The notes: generated by a model from the sequence alone, not told the origin. A stretch of 64,000 nucleotides of DNA from Chrysomallon squamiferum (GCA_012295275.1 CM022669.1:1178001-1242000); one strand, 5' to 3'. Shown: positions 28,553-42,569, counted from the first letter of the stretch. A program made the numbers and translations.

Positions 28553-29484
28553 GATGATGATGATGTGGTAACAACATAGTTAGACTAAAAATTATTCAAC
28601 ATTCAGGAGCAATCATCACGACCTTGAATGTGGCCGTTCTTTGTCTTTCGTCTTTTTTTTTCTTTTTCTTTCATTTTTCTTTGTTTGCGTGAATCTGGTA
28701 CACAGACAAAGCTGTCTGCACACACACAAACTTTAGCAGAAGGTAATTATCAGACACTGGACTTGACGTGTATCGATAACACACATCAAATTTACAAGTC
28801 AGTATCAACGTATGTACATGTGCTGTTATTGTTGTTATTGTACTAGCATTTAATAAATAAATAAATAAATAAATAAATAAAATAAATAAAATTTTGACGA
28901 TTATTTCTTGACCTGGTAACTTTTGTTAAATTAGTTGTTATTATTAAAACAAAATATCCAGGCGAATATCAATGATTTGCGTTAAGGTTACTTTGTAAGC
29001 TAATCCAGAGTTATCGTTACTGATTACGTCAACCACCGAATTCGGAGAAAAACCCAGGGAAACAGACAACACCTTGAAAAACAACCAGTCCCACGCAACA
29101 GAAAGACCAAGTGTCCTTGAGTAATGTTTGTTGTTCACTCTGTGTTTGTACAGTCAAGGCGTATTATGGGCGTGCCCATCTAAAACTGACCCAGTCTTAG
29201 TAATGACAAAATTATCGTGTTGCTGAAAATAACGTTTTAGTCCATCCAGTTTCATCAGCAATTAAAGGTCTTACTATCATTAATATTATCAAAACAAATA
29301 GCAACACCAGCGACAACAACAGCTATAGCAGTAGCAAATAACATACTACTACTACTACTACTAATAATAATAACAACAACAATACCACCACCGCCAACAA
29401 AAAGAACAGTAAAAATAACATAATGACAAAAGTAACCACAATATCAACATCATAAACACCACATCAATAATAATAATAATAATC

Positions 29485-29566
<82 letters not shown>

Positions 29567-29990
29567 TAAGAAATAGTTAAATTATCAAACTACGTACTTT
29601 AATAATCAAAGTAATTGCTTCTTTTGTATGTTTCCTTGTTTATAATATTTATTCTTATTCTTCTTATTATTTTTTTTCAGTGCGTATGTGTGTACAGTTA
29701 TTTCATCTAAGTTCTATAACGACTGGCTATTACGGAAATTGACGAAATTACACGAATGACGTCAATAATAGCATGACGTCTAACATTAACGCTAAGACAT
29801 TTGTAGGATGCGGTCTTTCAAGTTTAAATTTCCAAGAACGTAAGAGTCTTTGCTTCCTTGTTTATTTTTGTTTATTTATTTATTTTTGGCTGTTGTTTTA
29901 TTTATTTCACAGTTTTAATATCTTAGCTCAGTTTTTTAGTATGAAAAATCAACAAAAAGTTCACATGCACATATTTTGTATGTGTATATG

Positions 29991-30040
<50 letters not shown>

Positions 30041-30154
30041 GGATATCTATATCTAATTAGTGGCAGAGGTTGTTGTTACGATAGTAGTAGAACGTTTTTT
30101 TTCTGTCTTTCAAACGTTTTAAACGAGGATATAAATAAAAATTGCTTTGTTATA

Positions 30155-32157
30155 GGGTCATTCCATGTCAAATCAACCCCCCCCAAAAAAAATTTAAACT
30201 CGACCGTCTCAGATTTTTATAAAACTTGGTATACTTGTTGACTGGGATCCAACAGCACCATATATTAGCCCAATCGGATCAGTGGTATGGGAAATATGGC
30301 CCACCGAATTTTGAGATTTTTGACAAAAATGGGCGTTACCACCAACCTTTGAACCCTCATACCTCAGGAACTACTGGGCCAATCTTCATAAAACTGGTAC
30401 TGTTGAAAAGGCAATATGACAAGGATTCCAAATCTGCATATTCTACTATTCTCGTCACTTTAATAAAACTGGACTATTTCCTCCTTCAATTCATTTGACA
30501 GAACTTTCCCTTGTTTCTTATCAATTGCTTATTAATTTTCTTGTTTTTAAATCCCTGTTAATTATTATTGTCTAAACCAAACTAAGCCATTGCTTAATTA
30601 AATGGACCAGAACTATTGAATTCTGTTTTTCTTAGATCTTTAAGCTTTAGCAGGAATTATTCTTTCATTATATTAGATTTTCTTATTACTGCTTGTTTTT
30701 AAAAGACATATTCAGTTTTTTTGAGTGATTTTTTTTTTCTTCCAGGATTATTCCTACTCTTGTTAATGTACAGTATTTTATTATTGTTTGTTATTACTGT
30801 TTATTTTTATTTTATTCAAATTGCATCATAATTTTTTAAGGTTTTATAAGAGAATTGCTCTGTTGATCTTGGTTAATTGATAGATAATTGTTATTTATTG
30901 TTAGAAAGTTGTAGAAATATCTGAGAGAGGGAAGCTGGAGAGATAAATCTATAGGATAGGTGTATAATTTTAGCAATAATAATAATAATAATAATAACAA
31001 CAACAACAACAACAACAAAATACAACAATAATAATAACAAAACTAATAATAACAGCAATAACAATAGCAATAATTATAAAGTAAAAAAAAAAAAAAAATA
31101 CAAATTCGAAAGATGTACTCATTTACATAGTCAGATGCATATAGAAAGAGAAAGATCAATCGAACAACAGAGATAGTTCATTTATAAAATAAATGTCGGC
31201 TTCATCTTCTGAATGATGCTGTACAAGTTCAGGAACATGTTGGAGGAAAGAGAAATTCAAGAAGTCTGAATCCTACCGAGAGCGTGTGCAAATCTTGACT
31301 TTGTCACCCTTTACCATTGAAAGGACAATGAATGAATTTGAAACAACGAATTACCTTATGAAAAAAAGCTGTGTGGTGAAGAAATAGAAAGTGATTCTAT
31401 CCCTCTGTGATAAGAAACAAGGGAAAGTTCTGTCAAATGAATTGAAGGAGGAAATAATCCAATTTTTGGAAAGTGATGAGAACAGTAGAATATGTCCGAG
31501 AATGAAGGATACAGTGAGCATTTGAAACAGATGGTGAGAAGGTTAACCATCAGAAACACCTAGTTCTCTCAAATTTATGTGAACTTTATGCATACATGTA
31601 GGCCTACAATGTCTTACTCGATGATCAAGAAAGATGGTGATTCCTAGCATCCAGAATTGATCATTCCGGTTTTAGTTAATCAGATGAAAAGGTGTTATTT
31701 TCATGTATGTGCATTTTTTAAATCTATATTGTGGCTAAACAAAAAATATTACACCCAGGAAACTTTTATATGTTTTAGTTAACATGTGGGAGATTAAATT
31801 TAAATAAAGGTCATCTCAAGGTCACGTGATCCACACGGTCAATTTCAAGGTCATAGCAAAGGTCAAAAGGTAAATGTACCCCAATATTCTCCAATTATAC
31901 TGCCTTTTCAACAATACCAATTTTATGAAGATTGGCCCAGTAGTTCCTGAGATATGAAGGTTCAAAGGTTGGTGGTCACGCCCATTTTTGTCAAAAATTT
32001 CAAACTTCAATGGGCCTTATCTCCCACACCACTGATCTGATTGGGCTAATATTTCAGATTTAGTGCTGTGGGATCCCAGTCAACAAGTGTACCAAGTTTC
32101 ATAAAAATCTGAGATGGTCGGGTTTAACCCACTGGGTAATTTGACACGGAATGACCC
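30155..32157 (+). mobile_element. Non-autonomous (internally deleted) Sola2-like DNA transposon, 2003 bp
   Basis: Termini GGGTCATTCCATGTCAAAT ... ATTTGACACGGAATGACCC. Imperfect ~260-bp TIRs at 30155-~30417 and ~31896-32157. TATA on both sides (30151-30154, 32158-32161) fits a 4-bp TSD. 5'-GRG ends with a 4-bp TSD are characteristic of Sola2. Contains a transposase remnant. Confidence 0.85.
31253..31595 (+). pseudogene. Decayed Sola-type transposase fragment
   Basis: Manual translation: KFKKSESYRERVQILTLSPFTIERTMNEFETTNYLMKKSCVVKK*KVILSLCDKKQGKVLSNELKEEIIQFLESDENSRICPRMKDTVSI, then a frameshift to DGEKVNHQKHLVLSNLCELYAY. This resembles the Sola motifs FYxxDxxSRxxPGxKD and QKRLLLxNLxELY as I recall them. 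It has one in-frame stop and one frameshift and lies between the TIRs. Confidence 0.7.
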
Positions 32158-32771
32158 TATATATGTGAAAAGGATGAAAAACAAAATAAAAATATTTGTT
32201 TTATAATCACAACCCTTCTCTTATAAACAAAATACATGAATTTTTTAGTTCTGATTTTATTCATTTTTTTAAATCAAGGGAAACAACCTGAGCTGCTCTA
32301 ATAAGTGCTTTCTATGAATTACTTCCCATTACTATTATTAATTTTTTTTTTATACTAAAACATGAAGAAGAAAATAATAAAATGATAAAAAAAAATAATA
32401 ATAACTACAATCACGCCAACTGTTACAACAATAGCAACATCTACAACAACTACTGCTAATAATTACCACTAATACTGTTACTTCTGCTACTACTATTAGT
32501 ATTTACTCCAACCTCCATTACTACTCCTATAACTTCAACTGCTACAAACTACTCTGTTTCTTGTACTACACCTGCTTATGACTGCTGCTACTTCTACTAC
32601 TAGTGCTACTACTACCACAACTACCACTGCTACTACTACGACCACAAATACTACTGCTACTGTTACTATTACAGATGCTTTGCATACTGATGTTAGTGGA
32701 AGTAGTAGTACCTGAAGTAGATATAGTAGCAGAAATAAAGTAGTAACGTTGTATATCGTCGTTGCTGCCAG

Positions 32772-33335
32772 AATAAACATTATCATTGCTGTGATAGTGT
32801 ATTTTGTATTTGTTAATAAACATTATCATTGCTGTGATAGTGTATTTTGTATTTGTTAATAAACATTATCATTGCTGCGATAGTGTATTTTGTATTTGTT
32901 AATAAACATTATCATTGCCATGATAGTGTATTTTGTATTTGTTAATAAACATTATCATTGCTGTGATAGTGTATTTTGTATTTGTTAATAAACATTATCA
33001 TTGCTGCGATAGTGTATTTTGTATTTGTTAATAAACATTATCATTGCTGTGATAGTGTATTTTGTATTTGTTAATAAACATTATCATTGCTGCGATAGTG
33101 TATTTTGTATTTGTTAATAAACATTATCATTGCTGCGATAGTGTATTTTGTATTTGTTAATAAACATTATCATTGCTGCGATAGTGTATGTTGTATTTGT
33201 TAATAAACATTATCATTGCTGTGATAGTGTATTTTGTATTTGTTAATAAACATTATCATTGCCATGATAGTGTATTTTGTATTTGTTAATAAACATTATA
33301 ATTGCCATGATAGTGTATGTTTTATTTGTTAATAA
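32772..33335. repeat. Minisatellite: 43-bp unit aataaacattatcattgctgtgatagtgtattttgtatttgtt (~13 copies)
   Basis: Highly homogeneous, directly visible. Confidence 0.95.
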
Positions 33336-33344
33336 CTTGAGTCA

Positions 33345-34260
33345 TAGTTGCAATAATATGTTGTAGTTGCTATCATAGTGTATGTTGTAGTTGCTATCAT
33401 AGTGTATGTCGTTTTTGCTGTCATAGTGCATGTGGCTGTTGCTATCATAGAGAATGTCGTTGTTGCTGTCATGGTGAATGTAGTAGTTGCTATCATAGAG
33501 TATGTTGTTTTTGCTGTCATGGTGCATGTGGTTGTTGCTATCATAGAGAATGTTGTTGTTGCTGTCATGATGAATATTGTAGTTGCTATCATAGAGTATG
33601 TTGTTTTTGCTGTCATAGTGCATGTGGTTGTTGCTATCACAGAGAATGTCGTTGTTGCTGTCATGGTGAATGTTGTAGTTGCTATCATAGAGTATGTTGT
33701 TTTTGCTGTCATAGTGCATGTGGTTGTTGCTATCATAGAGAATGTCGTTGTTGCTGTCATGGTGAATATTGTAGTTGCTATCATAGTGTATTATGTAGCT
33801 GCTGTCATACTATATGTCGTTGTTGCTATAATAGTTATGTCGTTGATGCTATCATAGTGTATGTGGTAGCTGCTATGATAGTGTATGTGGTAGCTGATAT
33901 GATAGTGTATGTGGTAGCTGCTATCATTGTGTATTTGGTAGCTGCCACCATAGTGTATGTCGTTGTTGCTATCATAGTGTATGTCGTATTGCTGTCATAG
34001 TGTAGGTCGAAGATGCTGTCATAGAGAATGTCGTTGTTGCTGTCATGGTGAATGTCGTTGTTACTGTGATAAAGTATTTTGTAGTTGCTATCATAGTGTA
34101 TGTAGCAGTTGCTATCATAGCGTATGTATCAGTTGCTATCATAGCGTATGTTGCAGTTGCTATCATAGAGTATGTTGCAGTTGCTGTCATAGTATATGTT
34201 GTAGTTGCTATCATAGTGCATGTCGTTGCTATACTAGTGTATGTCATTATTGCTATAAAG
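33345..34260. repeat. Minisatellite: 24-bp unit with a 96-bp higher-order repeat
   Basis: Monomer ~tagtgtatgttgtagttgctatca. From ~33400 to 33790 four monomer types recur in fixed order, visible as a 32-aa period in ORF 33329..33784. Confidence 0.9.
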
Positions 34261-35201
34261 CGTTTGTTGTTGCTGCTAATTATAGTTGTAGTGTATGTCG
34301 TAGCTGCTCTGATAGTGTCCTTGTTTTCATATCGTCGCTGCAGTAGTGTATGTAGTGTAGCAATGTTTGTATAAAGTCGCTTGCAGTGGACAGTGTTTTG
34401 TGTTAAGAAGCGATGTAAACTTGCCAATCTACGAGATTACTTCATATTCACGACTCCCTGGCCGAGGGTTTGCCGAACACATTCCGTGAAAACGATGCCC
34501 TCGGGTATTTCCGTCATTCGTGATCGGAAATATTGCAGCATGTTCTGGAATTTTATTTCTTCCAAATCTTTAATAACTTTACTTCACTAACACTGACAAT
34601 AATGAGATGATTATATGCTGGGTAAAAAAGGCTGAAGGAATTAATATAACAATGACAAGTTGAATTGTGTGAAACGAGTAACTGTGCTGTGTATAATTTG
34701 ATAGAGAAAGACAGAAAGAGAGAGAGTGTGGGAATCCGACAGAAGTTGCTATATTTAGAAATTTGGCCGGTGACATTGATAAAACAGAAGTTCAACTTCA
34801 ATCAGTGGTAATTAGTCGCAACAAACAATCCGGGATTGACCTCGGTAAAAGATCAAAGGACAAGAAGAACAGTTGATTGACCTATTTTTGTTTTCTTTGA
34901 TATAACAGCTTTTCTGAGGGAGGCGGCAATGTTGACGATGACAGTGGTAAATTAATAACGAATAAAAGAAGGGGAAAAAAATGAAAGGGTGAATGGCTGG
35001 AGAAAAGCAAGAAGAAATTAAAAATACTCTTGTGTATTTAGTCTGACGTCAGTCGTAGAAAAAAAAACAGTAAGTTAATTTAATTGTTTTAGTGCAAGTG
35101 TCAGTCTCTTACAACGAGAATAATTAACATTTACTTAACTGACCAAAATATCCCACAGGACTTTTCTTATGACTGCACGTCGCAAAGTGGAACTGAGACA
35201 G

Positions 35202-35273
35202 TCCCAGACACGATAAATCCCAGACAAGATAAAACCCAGACAAGATAAATCCCAGACAAGATAAAACCCAGAC
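35202..35273. repeat. 16-bp tandem repeat cccagacaagataaa(t/a), ~4.5 copies
   Basis: Directly visible. Confidence 0.85.
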
Positions 35274-36496
35274 CAGCCATTACACTGAAACAGAAATCAG
35301 GTCCATGACAGTCGTACCTGAACGATTACGTTATGAGAGAAACAGACATGAAACAGATAGGTTTAATTGAGACTGACCACCGGACAATCGATGCTATTTG
35401 CTGTTCCCAGCACGACGAGAGTAAATTCTGTTAGCGGACTGAATCTCGCGCATCGCGTTACTCGCAGTCGGTGCAGGTAGGCGTGGGCAGCACTCGTGTG
35501 TAGCATTACACCTCAAACTATTACTGTGTCTTATCTGCCATTCACAAAGCATACAATACACCACGTTTACGTTATTTTCTTTTCTCTTTTAGTCCTTTGT
35601 TCCCTTATAAAACAAGTTACTCCCGTCCTTAAATGTATTTATTTACTCTTCGTCTTCCATTTTAAAATTTGTTTATTTCATTCAACATTAATTCCAGCAT
35701 TATTTTGCGTATATTAAAGTCTGTCTCGTAAATATCATCTTCATATTTTATATAAATTATGATATTATAGTTTTGTATATGATTATTTATGTGATTATTT
35801 AATTATCAAACACTAATTTTAGCAAAAATAAAGTATGAGTAACGGCTGATATTCTAGACTTAAAGGACTGTTTGAAAAAAATACTGTAGCAGTAGTAGTG
35901 TAGTCAAAGTAGTGGCAGTAGTGGCAGTAGTAGTAGCAGTAGTAGTAGTGTAGTCAAAGTATTGTAGTATTAAAAATACTAGCACTGTAGTAGTATGAAC
36001 GTTGCGTCTATTCGTAGAAGTAATTCACGAGAAAAAGTCCTGTGTCAAGCAGAGCAGCCGATCTTTGCCGAGCTCTACGTCATCAACACAAGCAGGCGTC
36101 AGTACCAGCGAACCAGCGAAAAATGTGTTTGTTGTTATTAAAAATGTCCTGCCGTCGTGGTGGAGGATGGATCAGCTCTAATGACGATTCGATTCATTTC
36201 TGCTGTTGCCAGCAGAGACCACTAAAGAGGTCACTAGATTTTATGTTTTCTATTTCCTGTGTTTTCCTGCAAACCGGAAGTCATCAGATGACGGAGTGCT
36301 TTAATTATACAGATTGACTGGCAGTGAGGCGGGCGAGTTTGTTTTCACTGCTTTACAGGACAATGAAGATTTACGATTTGTTTTATGTGACTTATTTTTA
36401 TTTTATTTACTTGTTACTTACTTGTTTTAATTTATTATTATTATTATTGTTGTATTTATTATGATTATGATTATGATTATGATTATTATTATTATG

Positions 36497-36535
<39 letters not shown>

Positions 36536-36988
36536 TAAATTTTATTTAGCACAATATTTAAGAAAAATGACTGAAAAGCAAAATCAAAACTGATACCCAC
36601 ACTCCGTCGCATACAAAATGACACACACGTGTACACAGAAACACACTCATACACACATGCGCACTCAAAATACACACATTTACACAGAGACACACTTATC
36701 ACATACCCACGCACACACGAAAATACTGACACTGTCGATATTTAATGTTATTATTGCTGGAGATGTTTTCCAGAAACAAGATTTATTAAGTTTCACACTG
36801 AGTTGTGGCTGCCATTCTGGAGAATTAAATTAACTTTGAAACAAAAAAACACATTTCCTTGTCCTTCCCTGTCCGATGCCGACTGCATCACCAACGTCTT
36901 CTTACTTTTCCTCCAACACTGATGTACATCAACGACGAACACAACAAACGGCATTGCTCCTAGAAAAACATATCAATTTATTTGACGA

Positions 36989-37286
36989 CATCTACTCTGG
37001 CCCACTCGTGGGGTTACGGCATCTATCGTAGCCCACTGGCGGGGTTACGGCTTGCACCACCTGTGGGCTAGTACGGCGAGATCGCACTTCATTGCCCGGT
37101 AATGGCGGAACGCGTCTGAGGACGCGGTTTGCGGTAAAGTGCTTCTCTGTAATTGGATTCTGCGCGCGATCAATGCGAGGAGCGCAGAGAATTACAGTCA
37201 GAGCGCGGGATTGCTGCTCCCGACGACGTCTTGCAGAACAACGTCTTTCATGTTGACACACAGCCGCTCTTAGACGTTCATCTCAG
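36989..37286 (+). other. Probable first (5' leader) exon and promoter of the collagen-domain gene
   Basis: GC/CpG-rich island in AT-rich background ending at a strong donor CTCAG|gtacgt (37286/37287). The exon at 46767 has an acceptor only 1 nt before its ATG, so an upstream exon is required. The start coordinate is approximate. Confidence 0.5.
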
Positions 37287-37312
37287 GTACGTCATCTTTC
37301 CTTTTTTAAAAA

Positions 37313-37403
<91 letters not shown>

Positions 37404-38887
37404 GTATTTAAGTTTTTGCTTAGGTGTATTTGATACAATATTATCTATATTCATTTTCTTTCATTATCACATACTCAAATAATTCTACGATATTTTACTG
37501 TATGCGTTATTAGTATGACGAAATAACGGACAGACAAACACGGCGCGTGTTAACAGTTCTCGCAATCTGCATATAAAGAATTGAGTGTCATGATCTCTGT
37601 CACTGAGAGAAAGCTTTAATCTTTTTCATTTCTTCCTTTTTTATTCTTTCTTTCATTCACGTATAATTTAATGTTATTCTATTTGGTTTTACATTTTTGG
37701 GGGGTTTATTTATACGTTTGTTTTTATCTCTCTCTCTGTCTGTCTATCTATCTATTTATCTATCTATCTGTCTATCTATCTATCTGTCTATCTATCTATT
37801 TACTTATTTATTTATAAAACTGATGATAACAATGATAATAAGAAGAAATTTCTGTTAATACTTATAAAGCTATAACAAGGTGTTTTAGTACATCATTAAT
37901 TATTTCTAGGTACGTCAGTACGAAACTAATCATAGTTAATAACGTGTTTAGCATTATAAATTAATAACTTTCTTATAATTAAACTGTCACACGTTGTTCT
38001 AACATACTTGTAATAATCACTCACTACTGCTTCAGTGTCGTCACTGCCGTACCACCACAACTACCACCACGACAGCAACAACAACATTACCATAGTACTA
38101 CCATTATTACAACTCTCACCAACACTACAATAACTAGTACTACTAATACAATACTACTACTACTATTACTACTACTACTACTACTACTACTTTTACTATT
38201 ACAACTACTACTATTATTACTAAAACCATTATGTCCTACTTCTGCAATTTCTTATTACTAATACTGCTACTACTATTAGACGTACTATTACTATTATTAT
38301 TATGGAACTATTATTACTACTATTACTATTAACACTGTTATTATTATTCCTCCTATTACTACTATTACAACTACTATTACTACTACTACTACTAGTGATA
38401 CTATTACGACTATTACTACTACTAACACAAGTATTACTACTAGTACTATCATTACTACTACTACAACTTATTATTGCAACTGCTACTACTGATACTGCTA
38501 TTGCTGCTTCTGCTGCTACTACTACTGCTACTGCTCCTGCAGCTGCTACTACTGCTACAACTTCAGTTACCTCTGTTGCGCTATTACTCTAGCTAACACT
38601 GACTAATAAAAGTATTCCTGAGTTCTTCGTTTCTAAAATTAGAAGTAGTAGAACAGCGACTGCTTCGGAAAGTCTTATTTTTGTTATCAAATTTTCTAGA
38701 CGAAGTAAAAACATCACATTGAGAAGATGGACATCATTTATTATACATAGGCCTCGATAATGAAATAACCAAGTTACTCGTGCACTGTCAGGCAGCACAT
38801 CCGAAAACAATTAGAAAATTACTACAACTCTCAGACATACACAAGAACAGACCAAATTTGGCGACGTCGTCGTCGTCGTTGTTGTTG

Positions 38888-38928
<41 letters not shown>

Positions 38929-39055
38929 TTAATTATTATTATTATTATTTTGTTTTTATCTTTTTCTCATATTTGAATTTTTTCTTTTTTATTATCAATA
39001 TTTACAGTGGATTCCCATTATTTGTATTATTATCATGTTAATGATGATGATGATG

Positions 39056-39111
<56 letters not shown>

Positions 39112-39409
39112 TATTATTATCATCATAATTATAATAATAATAATTATTATTATTATATTTATTATTATTATTATAAATATAAATATTGTTGTTGTTGTTA
39201 CAAGACATTGACACTGTAATAAAAGTTATCTAGACAAGAATTTAATATGTAATTTAATAACTTAAAAATAGCAATACGTTTATACATTGCTGAAAATATA
39301 AATATATGTAAGACGAAAATGAGTTTAATGTGAGAGTGAAAAACTACATGTGCGTCAACGATGTCGTCGTCAACGATCACAACATTCTCTGCATACTGAT
39401 ATGACCATG

Positions 39410-39629
39410 GCCACTACCAAAACTACAACCATAACCACTACCACTACCATCACTGCTGATACTACTACTACTACCACTACCATCACTGCTGATACTACTC
39501 CTACTACCACTACCATCACTGCTACTACTACTCCTACTACTACCACTACCATCACTGCTACTACTACTACTACCACTACCACCACTGCTACTACTACTAC
39601 TACTACCACTATCATCACTGCTGCTGCTG

Positions 39630-39668
<39 letters not shown>

Positions 39669-39950
39669 TATCAATTCGAGACTTACTATTTCCAATTTGG
39701 TCTACTACAGCTAATGCTGGTACTGTTACTACCACCACTTCAACAATCACAACCACAACAACTACTTCTGTTTATTCCATCAATACTATTACTGCTACTT
39801 GCATTACTGTTGCTGCTCCTACTACTACTACCGCTACCACTACCACTACCACTACCCTACTGCTACTACTATTATTATTAAGATTATCACTACTACTAGT
39901 ACTGCGACTACTACTACTACTACTACTGCTGCTGCTGCTACCACCACTAT
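39410..39950. repeat. (ACT)/(ACC) degenerate trinucleotide tract
   Basis: Produces the poly-Thr/poly-Val ORFs. A similar tract lies at 38050-38590. Confidence 0.9.
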
Positions 39951-40314
39951 CACGGCTAGAACATTTTTTTCATTTTTTCACCATTGTAAATGCTAATTTT
40001 GTTATTTTCGACTAAAGTTAATTATGGAAGATTAAAATGGCGAATTAAGTCATTTTGTTCCAATAAGACGAGTTTAAGACGAATTCACAAACAGCGAGAC
40101 ACTGAAGCGTGAAGACTTAAACAAAGGATTTTAATTAATTCAAGATAAATGTGGGCGTTTAATCATTTGGTATTAAGGAAGGTCAAAAGAGGAATTATGG
40201 ACAACAAAATTAGGATGATAGAGAGAAAAAAAAATGAGAGAGGAAAGGAAGACAGAGTGAGAGAAAATGGTATTTTTCATTATGACAACACAACAACAAC
40301 AACAATAACACAGC

Positions 40315-40374
<60 letters not shown>

Positions 40375-40970
40375 GGTAAAGAAAAGAAAGCAGTAATAAC
40401 AAAGGACGAACTTTGAAACAAAAACAATAATCAATCGTCCGTTAATTAGCCCGTCCACTTTGAAAGCCTCGATTGTCAAAGTACATTAGAAACGTAAGCG
40501 CAACAATATACTGAAATAGAAACATATTTCCGCACCGGAACTGGGATTCGGAACTTGTATAATAATTAGACAACGTTTCGTCACAAAGGTAAGGAAAACA
40601 AAGCCATGTTACGTCGGTGGGTAATTATGACAGACGCCCATCCCAGCCGTGTGACCCCAGAACGTGACCAGCCCCGGGCCTGGCGCTCAAACACGGAGAG
40701 CTGGGTGGAGAAGATTACAATGGCGGATTAGGCGTTTCTTTCCTCCGAAGACTAAATTAAGATTATTTTAAGGCGACATCACATAAACACGTCATCGCTG
40801 AACCGTGCGTTAGACCACCGCTGATTACTTTTTCTTCGTTTTACTTTTTTCTTTTTCATTTTCTTTTTTTTCTTTTCTTTCTTTTCGTTTGACCAACTGT
40901 TAAAGTAATTTAAAGATTTTTTTTTTTTTTTAAATCGGTTTTACAAGAACTATTCCGTTCAAAAAGAAGG

Positions 40971-41002
<32 letters not shown>

Positions 41003-42080
41003 CAACAACAACAACAACAACAAATAAGAATAAGAATAATTTAAGAAGAGGAAATTAGTGTATTTATTAATGTAGCTACTTAATAATGTACGTTGTTCTG
41101 TGTTTTTGACTACCACAGGAGAACTGCACACTGTTATCTTGTCTTCAAGTAGTACACAGTTTTTTAAATAGGATTTTAACTGTGTGTGCTCGTATTGTTT
41201 TTATTTACACTGTTATCTTGTCACGTAATACACACAGTTTATTAAATAGTATTTTAACTGTATGTTTTATGTTGTCTTCAAGTGTTTTTTAAACAGTATT
41301 TTAAATATATGTACTCGTATTGTTTTTATTTGCAATGTTATCTTGTGTTTTATTTTAAAAAAAATTCTTTTAAGAAGTTCGTGTCATTGGGAACAGTGTA
41401 AAATAATTCTTATTGACATTTCAGAGTCTGAGTTCATTAAAAGAAAAGCTGAGAATTATTTGTGTTGTAAGTTTGTTTTCACAGTGTGTATTTCTCCGTC
41501 AGCTTTTCAGCCATTCTTGTACTTCTGTTATCTCACTCATTCGCTCGCTTCCATTTACTTTATTTATTACGTCATTTCTTTCGCTTTATATTATCCCCTC
41601 CCCTGTTACTTCGGTTAATTCAATGTCATAATCACCGTCTTCGTCATCATCATCGTCATCATCATCATCATCAAAGTTCATAACGTTTCTTTGCTGCAAC
41701 ATATTTTATATCTTTAGTTTATTAAATATTATAAAATTTATATTTCCATTAACAGATATCTTAGGTGATATTCTGTTGTTTATGATCCAGAATTTAATTT
41801 GTAACTTATTTTTTGTTATGGTCTTCAAGTTAAAAATCCATAGTTCGTCATGTATGTGATAAATAATTGAAAACATTTATTTTTGGTTTAATATTTGTGA
41901 TCTGCGGTTTATTAAGAACGGCCAAAGCATGAAAAAAAAAAAAAAAAAAAAAAAAAACACGTTTTTAATCGGGGAGTTAGTTAAAATGTCAGTCTATTAT
42001 AATCACTACAAAACTTTTACATTTTTTATGAAGATTTTTCGTGTTGCGCATTACAATCCTTGACATTTCAGTATTGTTTC

Positions 42081-42195
<115 letters not shown>

Positions 42196-42308
42196 CCTCT
42201 CTCTCTATGTGTGAGTGTCTCTCTGTTTGTCTGTTTGTTTTTCTGCCAGACTCTCTTTTTCTGACCCTGTCTCTGTACATCTCACTCTCACCCTCTCTCC
42301 CCTCTCTC

Positions 42309-42387
<79 letters not shown>

Positions 42388-42569
42388 GTCTGTTTTATTT
42401 TCTGTCAGATACCTAAATGAAAGCACATTGCTGTGTGTTCGACGTGTTACAACCGCTCATTACACAATAACGCGCGATATCGTTAAACAAAATTAATTTC
42501 ACTTGGAATTACCGCAGCACTTTTTACTTCGTTCTGCTCTAATATGACAGATGTGTAATTTTTTTCTCT

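Noticed and set aside
30226-32010. Two short ORFs with near-identical peptides suggesting paralogous genes
   Set aside because: They are the two TIR arms of the transposon read in opposite directions.
33329-34427. Repetitive Thr/Met- or Val-rich ORFs on both strands
   Set aside because: These follow from a 24-bp (multiple of 3) minisatellite, with no unique coding flanks or exon signals.
37108-37140. Hammerhead-ribozyme-like CTGAGGA followed by a short stem (also CTGATGA at ~57734)
   Set aside because: The required GAAA after stem II and the stems I/III are missing in both cases.
39350-40015. 221-aa Thr-rich mucin-like ORF
   Set aside because: It is an ACT/ACC trinucleotide tract that slips into poly-Leu, with no signal peptide or bounding splice sites.
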